Shown here in pieces: positions 1-13,300 of a stretch of DNA of 64,000 nucleotides (positions within the stretch are counted from its first letter, which is position 1; every line of letters begins with the position of its first letter). The DNA is taken from NCBI GenBank assembly GCA_002269645.1, contig NIVC01001264.1, forward strand, positions 62,001 to 126,000, in the 5' to 3' direction. Below the pieces are notes generated by a model that saw nothing but the letters and a program-made list of their open reading frames with translations, was not told where the DNA came from and searched no databases. The DNA comes from Macrostomum lignano (lineage: Eukaryota). Position numbers and translations under genes: made by a program.

Positions 1-633
1 TGCAGAGTTGCTGTGCATACTCACGAATGCTCATTGATGCCGTGCGAGTGATATGCTGGAAATTGAATCTCTCAGCCATGACGAACGTCTTTGGTTCCAG
101 GATGCTGGCCAGTAGTTTGGTCAGTTCATCGAAGCTCTTTTCTCCCGGCTTCTTGGGAGCGGCTCGATCTGCCAATGCGTCGTACAGCTTGGTGCTGAGC
201 TTCATCAGCAGCAGCTTGTTTTTCGTGTCGTCCTGCCAGCCGTTGAGTTCGCTGCACAGTGTGAATCGGTCCAACCACCTCTGGAAGTTCGAACTTTCAT
301 CGAGTTTTTCGATGTCAACTTGCTGTCCTCTCGATACTTGTGCGCTTGGGTTCTGCGCTGTCGCTGTTGCCGACTTTGTCGCTTGGACTGATTTCGACGA
401 GATCGCAAGCGGTGGTGCTTTGTCGCTCGAAACCGTTTTACCAACTCCTTTAGTTGGCGATGCTGGCGTACTTCCAGGCATTTTCGTAGCCTATGCTTGC
501 CGACGCCACTGTTGTGCTTTTGGCTTTAGCCTTTGGCAATTGTCAGTCTAGCGGTCTGTTGACCTCTGACGCGTCTATTACTTATTTCATAACTCAATAG
601 CATGGTTCAATTCATCAACGCAGTCGCGTAACA
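1..633 (-). mobile_element. 5' end of a Ty3/Gypsy LTR retrotransposon: putative short LTR (633-510), PBS-like site, gag ORF from ATG 481 running off the window
   Basis: Minus frame from 481 is open to position 1 (absent from the ORF track): ...FQRWLDRFTLCSELNGWQDDTKNKLLLMKLSTKLYDALADRAAPKKPGEKSFDELTKLLASILEPKTFVMAERFNFQHITRTASMSIREYAQQL, the metazoan Gypsy gag pattern (P.KP..KSF.EL...L...P......ERF.F). Upstream is TGTTAC...ACAACA followed by G-TGGCGTCGG. Confidence 0.75.
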
Positions 634-699
634 AAAATGTCTATGGCAAAGCCATCAACCCACAACAAAAATGAATATCGATATGAAGAAAACCGGTAA

Positions 700-1065
700 G
701 TTATAAAAAGAATTGGTGAAATATGGAGAGAATCGGTGAGATATGAATAAAATCAGTGTGGTATGAAGAGAATCAATGAGATATGAAGAGAATCGGTGAG
801 AAATGAAAAGAATCGGTGGATATGAAGAGAATCGGTGAGAAATGAAGAGAATCGCTGGGATATGAAGAAAATCGGTGAGATATGAAGAGAATCGCAGCGA
901 TATGAAGAGAATCGGTGAGATGTGAAGAGAATCGCAGCGATATGAAGAGAATCGGTGAGATGTGAAGAGAATCGGTGAGGTATGAAGAGAATCGGTAAGG
1001 TATGAAGAGAATCGGTGAGAAATGAAGAGAATCGCAGGGGTATGAAGAGAATCGGTATGAAATGG
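700..1065. repeat. ~20-bp minisatellite (ATATGAAGAGAATCGGTGAG) in a GTF3C1 intron
   Basis: Tandem units visible directly. Confidence 0.9.
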
Positions 1066-1097
1066 AATCAACAATACAAGCAGACATTACTGCTTAC

Positions 1098-4000
1098 CGA
1101 ATCTTTAAAATGGGTTCCCCTCTTCAGCCAGTACACTAATCCCATAGAGCCAATAACGCGAAACGGCGGCGACCTGCTGAGCACAAGCGAGCGGCCTCTG
1201 AGCAGCATGAGCGCCCTGAGCCCGCTGTCAGGCAGAGTAGCCAGCGGCAGCCAGCGCAGCACCGGATGGCTCATATAGCGAAACAGCAGGGGCGAATTGC
1301 AACTGCCAATCTTGAGCAGAGAGGCGTACAGAGCCAACGGCATTCGCATTATAATATCGATTTTGTGTATCCAACCAGACGAAGGCAGAGTTTTAGGAAA
1401 ATGATCGGCCTTGCTGTTGGAATACAATGGGAATACAAACCGGCGCCAGTCGTTCGTGTCGCTGTAGACTGGCGGCAGGGTGATCTCCGCGCCGTTCAGG
1501 GTGACCTGCGGTTTGGTAGATCGATTTTAAGGGACGCTATGTTGGTAGTGGGTAGATAAGTAGCCAGGTTTCTGTAGATTGGTAGGCAGATAGACAGGTA
1601 ATACAGGTAGATTGATACGCAGATAGATTGGTAATAAAATAAGATTGATGGGCAGATAGATATGCCTGTATACAGGTAGATTGATGAGTAGATAGATATG
1701 CTTGTATACAGGTAGATTGATGAGTAGATAGATAAGTATACAGGTAGATTGATGAGTAGATAGATAAGTATACAGGTAGATTGATGAGTAGATAGATAAG
1801 TATACAGGTAGATTGATGAGTAGATAGATAAGTATACAGGTAGATTGATGAGTAGATAGATAAGTATACAGGTAGATTGATGAGTAGATAGATAAGTATA
1901 CAGGTAGATTGATGAGTAGATAGATGGGCAGATAGACAGATGTTATATCGATGCGCAGATATTCGCAGATGCTTCAATCTACAGAAAGAGAACAGCCAGC
2001 TTTACCATAGACAAAAGCTGCTCACCGAAGTACTAGGGTATATCGGTCCCTGATCAACTGGTAATCCGTACACCAGATACCAGCAGAATTCGTAAGCCAA
2101 TTGAGCTCGAGTAAAGATGCTTATCTTTTCGGCGCAGTCAATAAATTGCAGCCAGTCCCGACTGTCGGTGGGCTCCGCTACTGTTGCCGAATCACTCAAT
2201 GGGGCGTCGGATTCTGGCTGACTGTCGCTATTAGAAGACTGAACATTCGGTGTATTAGATAAATCTGATGCATTGAGTTCGCTAGAGATTGGCAGCTGGT
2301 TTGATCGATCGCTCAACAGCTTGCAGATGGCGTCAGTGTCGCTAGCCAGTTTTGTCAGGGCGTACAGCTGCACTGGTTTCACTGACGGCTCGGGCTGATG
2401 GAGAAAATGACAAAGAAGAGAGGAGTTCTATTAGCTCCTTGTTTTCTCTCCAGTGTCTAGCACACACACTCTAACACAGAATACCCTAAATCCCCACGAA
2501 TACCTACATACCATGATCCCTACATGATCATGGCTAAATCTCATTTCTCCTCACATTTCATGTTTCCCCACATCTCATCTTTCCCCACATCGCATCTGTC
2601 CTCACATCTTATCTCTACATCTCTCACCTCTTTTCACATCTCATCTATTCCCACATGTCATCTCATTCCACATCTCATCTTTCCTCACATCTTATGTTTC
2701 CCAACATCTCTCTCCTCACATCTAATCTCTCCTTACATCTCTCACCTCTTTCCACATCTCATCTATTCCCACATGTCATCTCATTCCACATCTCATCTTT
2801 CCTCACATCTTATGTTTCCCAACATCTCTCTCCTCACATCTCTCACCTCTTTCCACATCTCATCTATTCCCACATGCCATCTCATTCCACATCTCATCTT
2901 TCCTCACATCTTATATTTTCCCACATCTCTCTCTTCAAATCTCATCTCTCATTACATCTCATCTGTCCTTACAACTCGAAGCAGCGAGAGGCCTGCTGAC
3001 CCTCTCGGACGGAATCCCGTCCACGCTCTGCCCCCCGCTCAAATTCAAAACCAGCATTCCACCACGCCATGAAGCGAGAGACAACTGGAAACCCCATGAA
3101 ATCCACTGCTTCACTGACGGGTCCCAAATCAACTCCGCCTCTGGATACGGCTACTGCATCGTGTCTGGAGGGAGAACTGTGGCGACCTTCTCCCAGCACA
3201 CCGGCACCTGCTCCACCGTCTTCCAGAACGAAGTTCTCGCCATCAGCTCCTGCGCCATGGAGCTGTACAATCAGCGCGTCTGGGGGAAGGAAATTACCCT
3301 CCACTCGGACAGTCAAGCGGCGATTCACGCCCTTGAGCGCACCACCACCTGCTCGCGTACAGTCCTCGACTGTATCGGGCAGCTCAACCGCTTAGGCGCC
3401 TCCAACAAGGTGTCCCTAAGGTGGATCCCCGGGCATTCGGGCCACCCCGGCAACGAGCTGGCCGATCGCCTGGCCAAGGCTGGCTCGACCGGTTCTTTTA
3501 CTGGTCCCCTGCCCGTGGCCCCCACCCCCATCGCCGTTGTCACCACTCGGATCAACCAGTGGGTGGCTTCTAAGCACAGGGAGAGGTGGGCTAACGCCCC
3601 CGACTGCCGGCAATCCCGCGCGGCCGTCCCCTGTCCCTCCTCCGCCCTACGCAGGGCCCTGCTTGGACTCAACCGCAGGGACACAGGGCGGTTACCATGG
3701 CCCTCTCGGGTCATGGCTGCTTTGCCAGGCATCGTTACCTCCAGGAGAAAATCCGCAGTGAGGAATGCCCTTTCTGCCTCTCCGGTGTCGAGAATGCGGA
3801 GCACTTCATCTGTGAATCTTTACTCAGGACAGGCTCACCTACCTCGGCCCAAACCCGGACCTCTCCGACGTTTTCAGGCCCGAGAATCTCTGCCAGCTCG
3901 TCCGCTACCTAAGGGCTACCGGGCGAGCGACAATCCACCTCCTGGACTCTCCGGAGGGGGACCGCGCTGCGGACGCCGGCGCCACCGGAACTCCCTGCGC

Positions 4001-7000
4001 GACACCGCAGCACTAGCTGCCCGTGGTCGCCAGGGGTTAGCGAAATGGGCGGCAACGCCTCCTCGCTGTTTCCGGACGCACGGAGCCCCCTGCAGCTAAG
4101 TCAAGTAAGTCCTTACAACTCCCATCTCTTCCCACATCTCATCTCTTTCCACATCTAATCTCTCCTCATATCTCATCTCATCTCTCCTCAAATCTCATAT
4201 TTCCCTATCTCTTCTCTAACCGTGATCTAAATCATACGCATCTCGTTTCACCACTTATTGTTAATTATTAGATAATAGACAGTCTATAGTTAATAACTAC
4301 TTACATCTGGCTTATTCGACTCATTCAGTTGAGCAGGAGCAGTGAGCCGGCCAGCATTAGCAGCAAGCTCAGCTACAGGCATTCTAACCGTTACTAACTT
4401 CAACCGCCCATGCAAGGTCAGCCAATCCAAACTCTTAACCAGCGCCTTCGGCAAGGTGTCATATTGATTGGCTCTCTTCGGCGAGCCATTCCTCGAGTCC
4501 AGCTGCTTAGCCAGATCGTTTAATTCGGTTATTGGACAGATTTTGTGCTTGACAAAGTGTCGATAAACTCGCTGATGACTGAAGCTGGGATGAAGCGAAC
4601 TGACACTCGGCTGCTTGTGTCTCTGCTTTGACAGCGGAGGTGGTGCCAATGGCCGTTTGAATTCTGACTGCGGTTCAATGTCAAGATCTATGTCGACATT
4701 GGATGATGGGGCGGTGGCGGCTGAGGCTGAGGCAGGGGAGCTGGCAGCTTTGTATGCTGATTGCAGAGAAATCGCGCGGTAGCTGGAACAGTTATTAATG
4801 GATTAATTATTGATTCAAGATAACAGTGTTAGTTTAGTCTTATTCATAAGTTATTAAACCCATGTGCCATTTCTTCAAACCCATGTGCCATTTCCTCAAA
4901 CCCATGTGCCATTTCTTCAAACCCATGTGCCATTTCTTTAAACCCAAATGTCATTTCTTCAAACCCAAATGTCATTTCTTCAAACCCATGTGCCATTTCT
5001 TCAAACCCATGTGCCATTTCTTTAAACCCAAATGCCATTTCTTCAAAACCAAATGCCATTTCCTCAAACCCATGTGCCATTTCTTTAAACCCATGTGCCA
5101 TTTCTTCGAACCCATATGCCATTTCTTCAAACCCATGTGCCATTTCTTCAAACCCAAATGTCATTTCTTTAAACCCATGTGCCATTTCTTCGAACCCATG
5201 TGCCATTTTTAAAAATCAAAGTGGCCTTATTTAAACTATAATGTGCCATTTTAAAAACATTTTTTAAACTTCATTCTTGAACTTGAACCAATGTTTTCTT
5301 GTGAAATGCATCATTCTAGTCAGTTAATTATCACCTCTAAATAAATACATAATGTCATTTATACTTATACCTACGGACAACCCATTTTACTCTATGGATA
5401 AAAAACAGCCCCCATTATAAAACACAACAGAAAACTTTTAAGAAGCATTACTAGTCAACAGACTCCACCGAGCAAAGATGCCGCTTGCACAGCCAGGCCA
5501 AGTTAGACCGAGTTTCCGCTAACGAATGGCAGCCAAATGCTAAGCTGTCCTGTATCTCTTTAGCGGAGCACGCTGATTTGTCAGAGAGACCAGCCAATAG
5601 CTGACTGCGAAGGGGCAGCGATTCGTCTAGCAGGCGCAGCTTACGGCCACCGGTTTGACTCTCGATGGCGCCGACTGCTGCGGGATGGGGGGGGACACTG
5701 AGGATCTGGGAGGCTGGCCCAGCAACTAAGGATCTGGGAGGCTGGCCCAGCAACTGAGGATCTGGGAGGCTGGCCCAGCAACTGAGGATCTGGGAGGCTG
5801 GCCCAGAAACTAAGGATCTGGGAGGCTGGCCCAGCAACTAAGGATCTGGGAGGCTGGCCCAGCAACTGAGGATCTGGAAGGCTGGCCCAGCAACTGAGGA
5901 TCTGGGAGGCTGGCCCAGCAACTGAGGATCTGGGAGGCTGGCCCAGCAACTGAGGATCTGGGAGGCTGGCCCAGCAACTGAGGATCTGGGAGGCTGGCCC
6001 AGTAACTGAGGATCTGGGAGGCTGGCCCAGCAACTAAGGATCTGGGAGGCTGGCCCAGCAACCGAGGATCTGGGAGGCTGGCCCAGCAACTGATACCCTG
6101 AAAGGCTGGCCCAGCAACTGAGCATCTGGGAGGCTGGCCCAGCAACTGAGGATCTGGGAGGCTGGCCCAGCAACTAAGGATCTGGGAGGCTGGCCCAGCA
6201 ACTGATACTCTGAAAGGCTGGCCCAGCAACCGAGGATCTGGGAGGCTGGACCAGCAACTGAGCATCTGGGAGGCTGGCCCAGCAACTGAGCATCTGGGAG
6301 GCTGACCCAGCAACTAAGGATCTGGGAGGCTGGCCCAGCAACTGAGGATCTGGGAGGCTGGCCCAGCAACTGAGGATCTGGGAGGCTGGCCCAGCAACTA
6401 AGGATCTGGTAGGCTGGCCCAGCAACTGAGGATCTGGGAGGCTGGCCCAGCAGCTGAGGATCAGGTTAGAAGGGTGTCCCCACTCACCCGCAGTGCTGTC
6501 AGTGCCTCTGCCAGCCGCAGCCGCTGCAACAGAGGCAGTAGTATTCGAAGGCGCAAACTTAGTCAGCCAGAATCGCCTATCAGACAGCGGCTCCGCTGCA
6601 CTACTAGCAGTAGTCTGAGCGCAGCAATTCCGAGTGATTAGCAAGCCAAGACGGACCAGCCGATCAATGACTGCATCAGGACTGCTGCTCAACTCAGCAG
6701 TTGCAGCCACTTGTCTAACTGGCACCCCAGTGTGCCCAGCAGCCCCAGCCAATTCCAATACCGACCAACAGTCGGAATTGACCTCGTTGCCAAGGACGCT
6801 AAATTGTCGGCGGCGAACCGATTCGCTAGCGACCAGTACAATATTGCTAGCAGATAAACTTGCATTGTCCTCAATACGCAGCAGGCTAGCTAAAGGTATT
6901 GCAGTTCTGGATTTTTGGCTGGTTGAGTCGCTCAGCTGATAGGCGGCGAGTTCGCTCGATGGCGCTCTGTGATGCGGATAGTCATTTATTGCGAGGCTGT

Positions 7001-8271
7001 GTCATTGGTTCTTTTACATCCCTTCATTAACCAGATGTGGCTAAACACTATTCACAAATCTGTAATCCCTATTCACAAATATGTAGTCCCTATTCACAAA
7101 TCTGTAGTCCCTATTCACAAATCTGTAGTCCCTATTCACAAATCTGTAATTCCTATTCACAAATCTGTAGTCCCTATTCACAAATCTGTAATTCCTATTC
7201 ACAAATCTGTAATCCCTATTCACAAATCTGTAGTCCCTATTCACAAATCTGTAGTCCCTATTCACAAATCTGTAGTCCCTATTCACAAATCTGTAGTCCC
7301 TATTCACAAATCTGTAGTCCCTATTCACAAATCTGTAGTCCCTATTCACAAATCTGTAGTCCCTATTCACAAATCTGTAGTCCCTATTCACAAATCTGTA
7401 ATTCCTATTCACAAATCTGTAATCCCTATTCACAAATCTGTAGTCCGTATTCACAAATGTGTAATTCCTATTCACAAATCTGCAATCCCTATTCACAAAT
7501 CTGTAGTCCGTATTCACAAATGTGTAATTCCTATTCACAAATCTGCAATCCCTATTCACAAATCTGTAGTCCCTATTCACAAATGTGTAATTCCTATTCA
7601 CAAATCTGTAATACCTATTCACAAATCTGTAATCCCTATTCACAAATGTGTAATTCCTATTCACAAATCTGTAATCCCTATTCACAAATCTGTAGTCCCT
7701 ATTCACAAATCTGTAATCCCTATTCACAAATGTGTAATTCCTATACACAAATCTGTAATTCCTATTCACAAATCTGTAGTCCCTATTCACAAATCTGTAA
7801 TCCCTATTCACAAATGTGTAATTCCTATTCACAAATCTGTAGTCCCTATTCACAAATCTGTAATCCCTATACACAAATCTGTTCCTATTCACAAATCTCT
7901 AATCCCTATTCACAAATCTCTAATCCCTATTCACAAATCTGTAGCTCGTAATCCTAATTTACAAATCTGTAATCCGTATACGCTCGTAATTTAATTATTC
8001 ATCCAAAATCAAGCCTATAGTCAAGTTACCTGGCAATGGCAGTCAGAATAAAATTTCGAACATTTGCTTCCAGTTGAGAAGTTTGCTTCTGCAACTGTCT
8101 CGAGTTGAATCGAGTCAAAAGTCTCGACCAGAGGCAATCTAAACTCAGTCCGTGGGAGCCGCCAGCCAATGCAATTTCTTCCAAAGCGGCGATGTAGTAG
8201 TTCTCTGGTCGGAACAGCTGTTGTTGGTCAAATTCTGGCACCACTGCATTTGCAGCGGTGTCAGACAACAT
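1098..8271 (-). CDS. GTF3C1: General transcription factor IIIC subunit 1 (TFIIIC B-box-binding subunit)-like; first six exons, 3' end lies outside the window
   Basis: Exons 8271-8030, 6996-6488, 5677-5452, 4782-4305, 2394-2026, 1505-1098, all GT-AG with consistent phases. Peptides [37 protein letters not shown]...CWSVLELAG and [11 protein letters not shown]...[17 protein letters not shown]...[13 protein letters not shown]...GSMGLV parallel human GTF3C1 segments ([48 protein letters not shown]), recalled from memory. Confidence 0.8.
1560..1950. repeat. 32-bp minisatellite (CAGGTAGATTGATGAGTAGATAGATAAGTATA)
   Basis: Tandem units visible; intronic. Confidence 0.9.
2540..2965. repeat. CT-rich low-complexity repeat (CACATCTCATCT-like), resuming at ~4122-4215 after the LINE insertion
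   Basis: Visible on both sides of the LINE. Confidence 0.8.
2978..4108 (+). mobile_element. 5'-truncated non-LTR retrotransposon 3' end (RNase H + CCHC knuckle; I/LOA-group-like), frameshifted
   Basis: FTDGS...FQNEV...HSDSQ...[15 protein letters not shown] RNase H motifs; CPFC...ENAEHFICE in a shifted frame after ~3685; AAGTCAAGTAAGT tail; direct repeat GTCCTTACAACTC at 2965-2977 and 4109-4121. Confidence 0.88.
4858..5210. repeat. 21-bp minisatellite (AAACCCATGTGCCATTTCTTC)
   Basis: Tandem units visible; intronic. Confidence 0.92.
5698..6462. repeat. 28-bp minisatellite (TGAGGATCTGGGAGGCTGGCCCAGCAAC) filling nearly all of GTF3C1 intron 2
   Basis: Tandem units visible. Confidence 0.93.
7045..7945. 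repeat. 21-bp minisatellite (CCCTATTCACAAATCTGTAGT) filling GTF3C1 intron 1
   Basis: Tandem units visible. Confidence 0.93.
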
Positions 8272-8917
8272 CTGGCTACTTATAGTAGCACTGCTAGTTT
8301 AGAATAAACTTTACCGAGATTCTTACGGCAGAAAATACAAAAAGCAACAATGCATAGTTAAGCTTCATTGACAGCATAATATAAATTATAATTGCTAGAA
8401 TCGTTCAAGCTACTGACTAATCAAAGTAGTGTGAATTGACAAAATCTTAAAACAAAGAAACGCGTATTTTATAAAAGTGACACCCTACAATCTAGGTGGA
8501 CACTGACAACAAATTATTAATTTAATTTTTTTATCAAACCAACATTTACTGGATCGCACAATCACAAATGATTTCCAGAATAATTTTTGTATCAAACTTT
8601 TGTAAACGTACTAAATGTTATTTATTGTTTGATATAGTTGAAAAAAACATTCAGTTATTAACAAACTGCGATAGAATAGAAACCAGTGATAGATACAATT
8701 CACTGCACTTACAGGGGCCAAGACACATACAATGACTATGAAGTCGAATTTAGAACAATGAAAAATTAAGGCAAATAGCTTAGCAATATGGGGGAAGTGC
8801 AGTATGCTTTTCCAACTGTACTTTTATTCAGTCAGAATATACTAGCTAACTATGGTATAAGCAGCACTTTTCCTTTTGAAAGAAAACAATACAGAATAAC
8901 AAAACGATAGGATTATA

Positions 8918-9015
8918 CAGACAGTCAGACAGACAGCCGCACACTAAGACAGTCGGACAGACAGACAGCCAGACAGACAGACAGCCAGACAAACACTAAG
9001 ACACACAGACAGTCG

Positions 9016-9059
<44 letters not shown>

Positions 9060-9191
9060 CTAAGACACACAGACAGTCGGACAGACAGACAGACAGACAG
9101 ACAGACACAAGCAGACAGACAGACAGACAGACAGACAGACACAAGCAGACAGACAGACAGACAGACAGACACTAAGACACACAGACAGTCG

Positions 9192-9235
<44 letters not shown>

Positions 9236-9270
9236 CAAGCAGACAGACAGACAGACAGACAGACACAAGC

Positions 9271-9323
<53 letters not shown>

Positions 9324-9432
9324 CTAAGACACACAGACAGTCGGACAGACAGACAGACAGACAGACAGACACAAGCAGACAGACAGACAGACACAAGCAG
9401 ACAGACAGACAGACAGACAGACAGACACAAGC

Positions 9433-9497
<65 letters not shown>

Positions 9498-9572
9498 CTA
9501 AGACACACAGACAGTCGGACAGACAGACAGACAGACAGACAGACACAAGCAGACAGACAGACAGACACAAGC

Positions 9573-9603
<31 letters not shown>

Positions 9604-9666
9604 TAGACAGACAGACACTAAGACACACAGACAGTCGGACAGACAGACAGACAGACAGACACAAGC

Positions 9667-9723
<57 letters not shown>

Positions 9724-9826
9724 GCCAGACAGACACACAGACAGACAGACAGACAGACACAGACAGACAGACAGACAGCCGGACAGACAGACAGCCAGAC
9801 AGACAGACAGACAGCCAGACAGACAC

Positions 9827-9861
<35 letters not shown>

Positions 9862-9930
9862 GCCGGACAGACAGACAGACAGACACAGACAGTCAGTCAG
9901 TCAGTCAGACAGACAGACAGACAGACAAAC
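8918..9930. repeat. ~1-kb (GACA)n microsatellite with recurring interruptions
   Basis: Visible. Confidence 0.95.
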
Positions 9931-10306
9931 AAATTAACGTTAGGAATGCTAAGCCCATATTAAAGCATTAGCATAGAGCATCGCGTAAAACTTAAAGCCA
10001 ATTAAGTAAAAGCATTGGACACACCGGCAAAAGTTGAGACAAAACTAAAATAGATTGAAAGGTGTGCTCAAACTCTAATTAGTTCGGTACACGAGACGCA
10101 CACTTAGCTAGTGAATACAACTATATAAACACTATAGATTAGGTTTGTCGCTGGTCAGTGAGAGATGAACACACGCAGCCCAGTTCAGTGCCAGAAGCAT
10201 AGCCAGGAATAGCCAGTCCATGAAGAGAAAAAATGCATTTTCAAACTTCTCGAAAATTACTATTAATATATAACTTAATAAATGTTCCGCTTCTTAGCCT
10301 CTTGCC

Positions 10307-13300
10307 TCAATCAATCTTCGAACTGTTAGTGTTATTAGTGGCAGTTTTATTAGTAGTATTATCGCCGCTACCATTAACTCCCTGTTTCAACCAGGCGCCA
10401 GTTTTGGCGCCACCGCCGGCGCCGGCGCTCTTCTGCTGCTGCCGACCGTGCCGAAAACGTTCGGCGCGTCGTTTCGCTTCAGACGACGTTGACGAACTGC
10501 TGCTGCCGGATGAAGAACTATTCGTCGAAGAGGTTGACGAAGATGATGCTGAGGATGACGAAGAGTCAGATGATGAAGAACGGCCAGACGAGGATCCCGA
10601 CGAAGATGAAGAAGCCTTCCTGCGCCGATCGCTGTACCTGTCTGGCACTGATTTCTTCATAGTAGCATTCGGCTTTGCCTTGCTGTCGTCTTTCTTTGCT
10701 GAGGAAGAAGCCGAAGACGAGGCTGACGAAGAGCTTGAAGAAGATGCCGACCTGCGCCGCTTTTGCTTTTCCTGCGCCGTCGTTGATTTGTTAGCCGGCT
10801 TTTGTCGATTTCTATCGCGCGAAATTGGCGACAAAGACTTGCGACGATTAATCGGCGACCTTCGACGATCGACTGGCGACCTTCGACGGTCAACGGGCGA
10901 TCTTCGACGGTCAACAGGCGACCTTCGACGGTCAACAGGCGACCTTCGACGGTCAACGGGCGACCTTCGACGGTCAACAGGCGACCTTCGACGGTCAACG
11001 GGCGACCTTCGACGGTCAACAGGCGACCTTCGACGGTCAACGGGCGACCTTCGACGGTCAACAGGCGACCTTCGACGGTCAACGGGCGACCTTCGACGGT
11101 CAACGGGCGACCTTCGACGGTCAACGGGCGATCGCTGTCGACGAGTTGTTGCTGGAGAGTTTCGACGATAAGCGGGAATTCTGTTGGGACGAAATTCGGG
11201 CGATTTTTGGCGCTCAAGGGACCGTTTGCCTCGATCAGAGGGTGAACGGGATCGATGACCAACCGGTGATTTACGACGCTGAACCGGTGATTTGCTGCGA
11301 TTAACCGGTGATTTGCTGCGATTAACCGGCGATTTGCGACGCTGAACCGGTGATTTGCTGCGATCAACCGGTGATTTGCGACGCTGAACCGGTGATTTGC
11401 TGCGATTACGACGCTGAACCGGTGATTTGCTGCGATTAAGACGCTGAACCGGTGATTTGCTGCGATTAAGACGCTGAACCGGTGATTTGCTGCGATCAAC
11501 CGGTGATTTGCGACGCTGAACCGGTGATTTGCTGCGATTAACCGATGATTTGCGACGCTGAACCGGTGATTTGCTGCGATTAAGACGCTGAACCGGTGAT
11601 TTGCTGCGATTACGACGCTGAACCGGTGATTTGCTGCGATCAACCGGTGATTTGCGACGCTGAACCGGTGATTTGCTGCGATTAACCGATGATTTGCGAC
11701 GCTGAACCGGTGATTTGCGACGCTGAACCGGTGATTTGCTGCGATTAACCGGCGATTTGCTGCGATTAACCGGTGATTTGCGACGCTGAACCGGTGATTT
11801 GCTGCGATCAACCGGTGATTTGCGACGCTGAACCGGTGATTTGCTGCGATTACGACGCTGAACCGGTGATTTGCTGCGATCAACCGGTGATTTGCGACGC
11901 TGAACCGGTGATTTGCTGCGATTAACCGATGATTTGCGACGCTGAACCGGTGATTTGCGACGCTGAACCGGTGATTTGCTGCGATCAACCGGTGATTTGC
12001 GACGCTGAACCGGTGATTTGCTGCGATCAACCGGTGATTTGCGACGCTGAACCGGTGATTTGCTGCGATTACGACGCTGAACCGGTGATTTGCTGCGATT
12101 AACCGGTGATTTGCGACGCGGAAAAGAAGATTTTTGCCTTTCAAAAGGCGATTTGCGTCTCTCAACCATTGATTTGATTTGCGGAACCGGTGACCTATTT
12201 TGAGCAACCGGTGACGTGCGTCTATCAACCGGTGATTTGCGTCGATTAACCGGTGATGTGCGCCGATTAACCGGTGATTCGCGTCGATTAACCGGTGATG
12301 TGCGCCGATTAACCGGTGATGTGCGTCGATTAACCGGTGATGTGCGTCGATTAACCGGTGATGTGTGCCGATTAACCGGTGATGTGCGTCGATTAACCGG
12401 TGATGTGCGCCGATTAACCGGTGATGTGCGTCGATTAACCGGTGATGTGCGCCGATTAACCGGTGATGTGCGTCGATTAACTGGTGATGTGCGCCGATTA
12501 ACCGGTGATGTGCGTCGATTAACCGGTAATGCGCGTCGTTCAATCGATGATTTCAGCTTCTCAAATGGCGACATCTGACGCTCGCCAACAGCAACATATC
12601 GATGCTCTATTGGAGACTTTCTACCGCTACTGGACCCTGGCGACGGTCTGATCTCATCTTCTGGCGATCTGCTGCGCTGCTCAATCCGCGATTTAATGAC
12701 GCGTCGCTCGTTATTGGCATCAGGCGACCTCGACTCATTATTATTCCGTCGTTCTAGCGACACAAGCCGGCGCTCCGAAGGCGACGAGCGACGAATTCGT
12801 TTACTAGCACCAGTCGATCGGTCAGCACCGTCGCGATCAATATCGGGCGATAATTCTCTTCTAGTTCGTCGAATAACCCGACGCCGCTCCTCCGGCTCCT
12901 GAGGTGCTGCTCTGTCCCGACTAGACAATCGACGGTCGACGCCGCTGCCGCTACGTCGACGCTGTCGTTTTGCCGGCGGAGGCGACGAACCAGCAGGCGC
13001 AGCCGGTTTAAGAGGCCTTTCTTCCGCTTGCTGCGTGTCGCCCTCGACGTCCTTGGCCGCCGAGGCAGTCTTTGATGGCGTTGGTGGCTCGCCGTCGGTT
13101 AACCCAAGATCGCGATCTCTGCAACGAATCGAGAATCGAACACGAGTATGAGCATATGTGATAGTGGCAGAATTATAGTCAGTCAGAACCTAAGAGTAGT
13201 GACAGGCTCGTTTCACAAGATTGATAGACTCGTTTGAAAAAATCTATGGGTGACAAGCTCAGTTGAGAATTTGGTGTGAAAGACCCGGTTTAAAAATCCG

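Noticed and set aside
27-551. 174-aa plus-strand ORF
   Set aside because: Antisense shadow of the minus-strand gag frame.
4844-7994. Long repetitive ORFs (MAHGFEE..., LLGQPPRS..., IHKSVVP..., YSQICSP...)
   Set aside because: Stop-free translations of intronic minisatellites lying between validated GTF3C1 exons.
8944-9886. CLSV-repeat ORFs
   Set aside because: Translations of the (GACA)n microsatellite.
10233-12578. Antisense and alternative-frame ORFs over the PPIG last exon (312, 628, 147, 120 aa)
   Set aside because: Expected by-products of a 21-nt coding repeat; no independent motifs.
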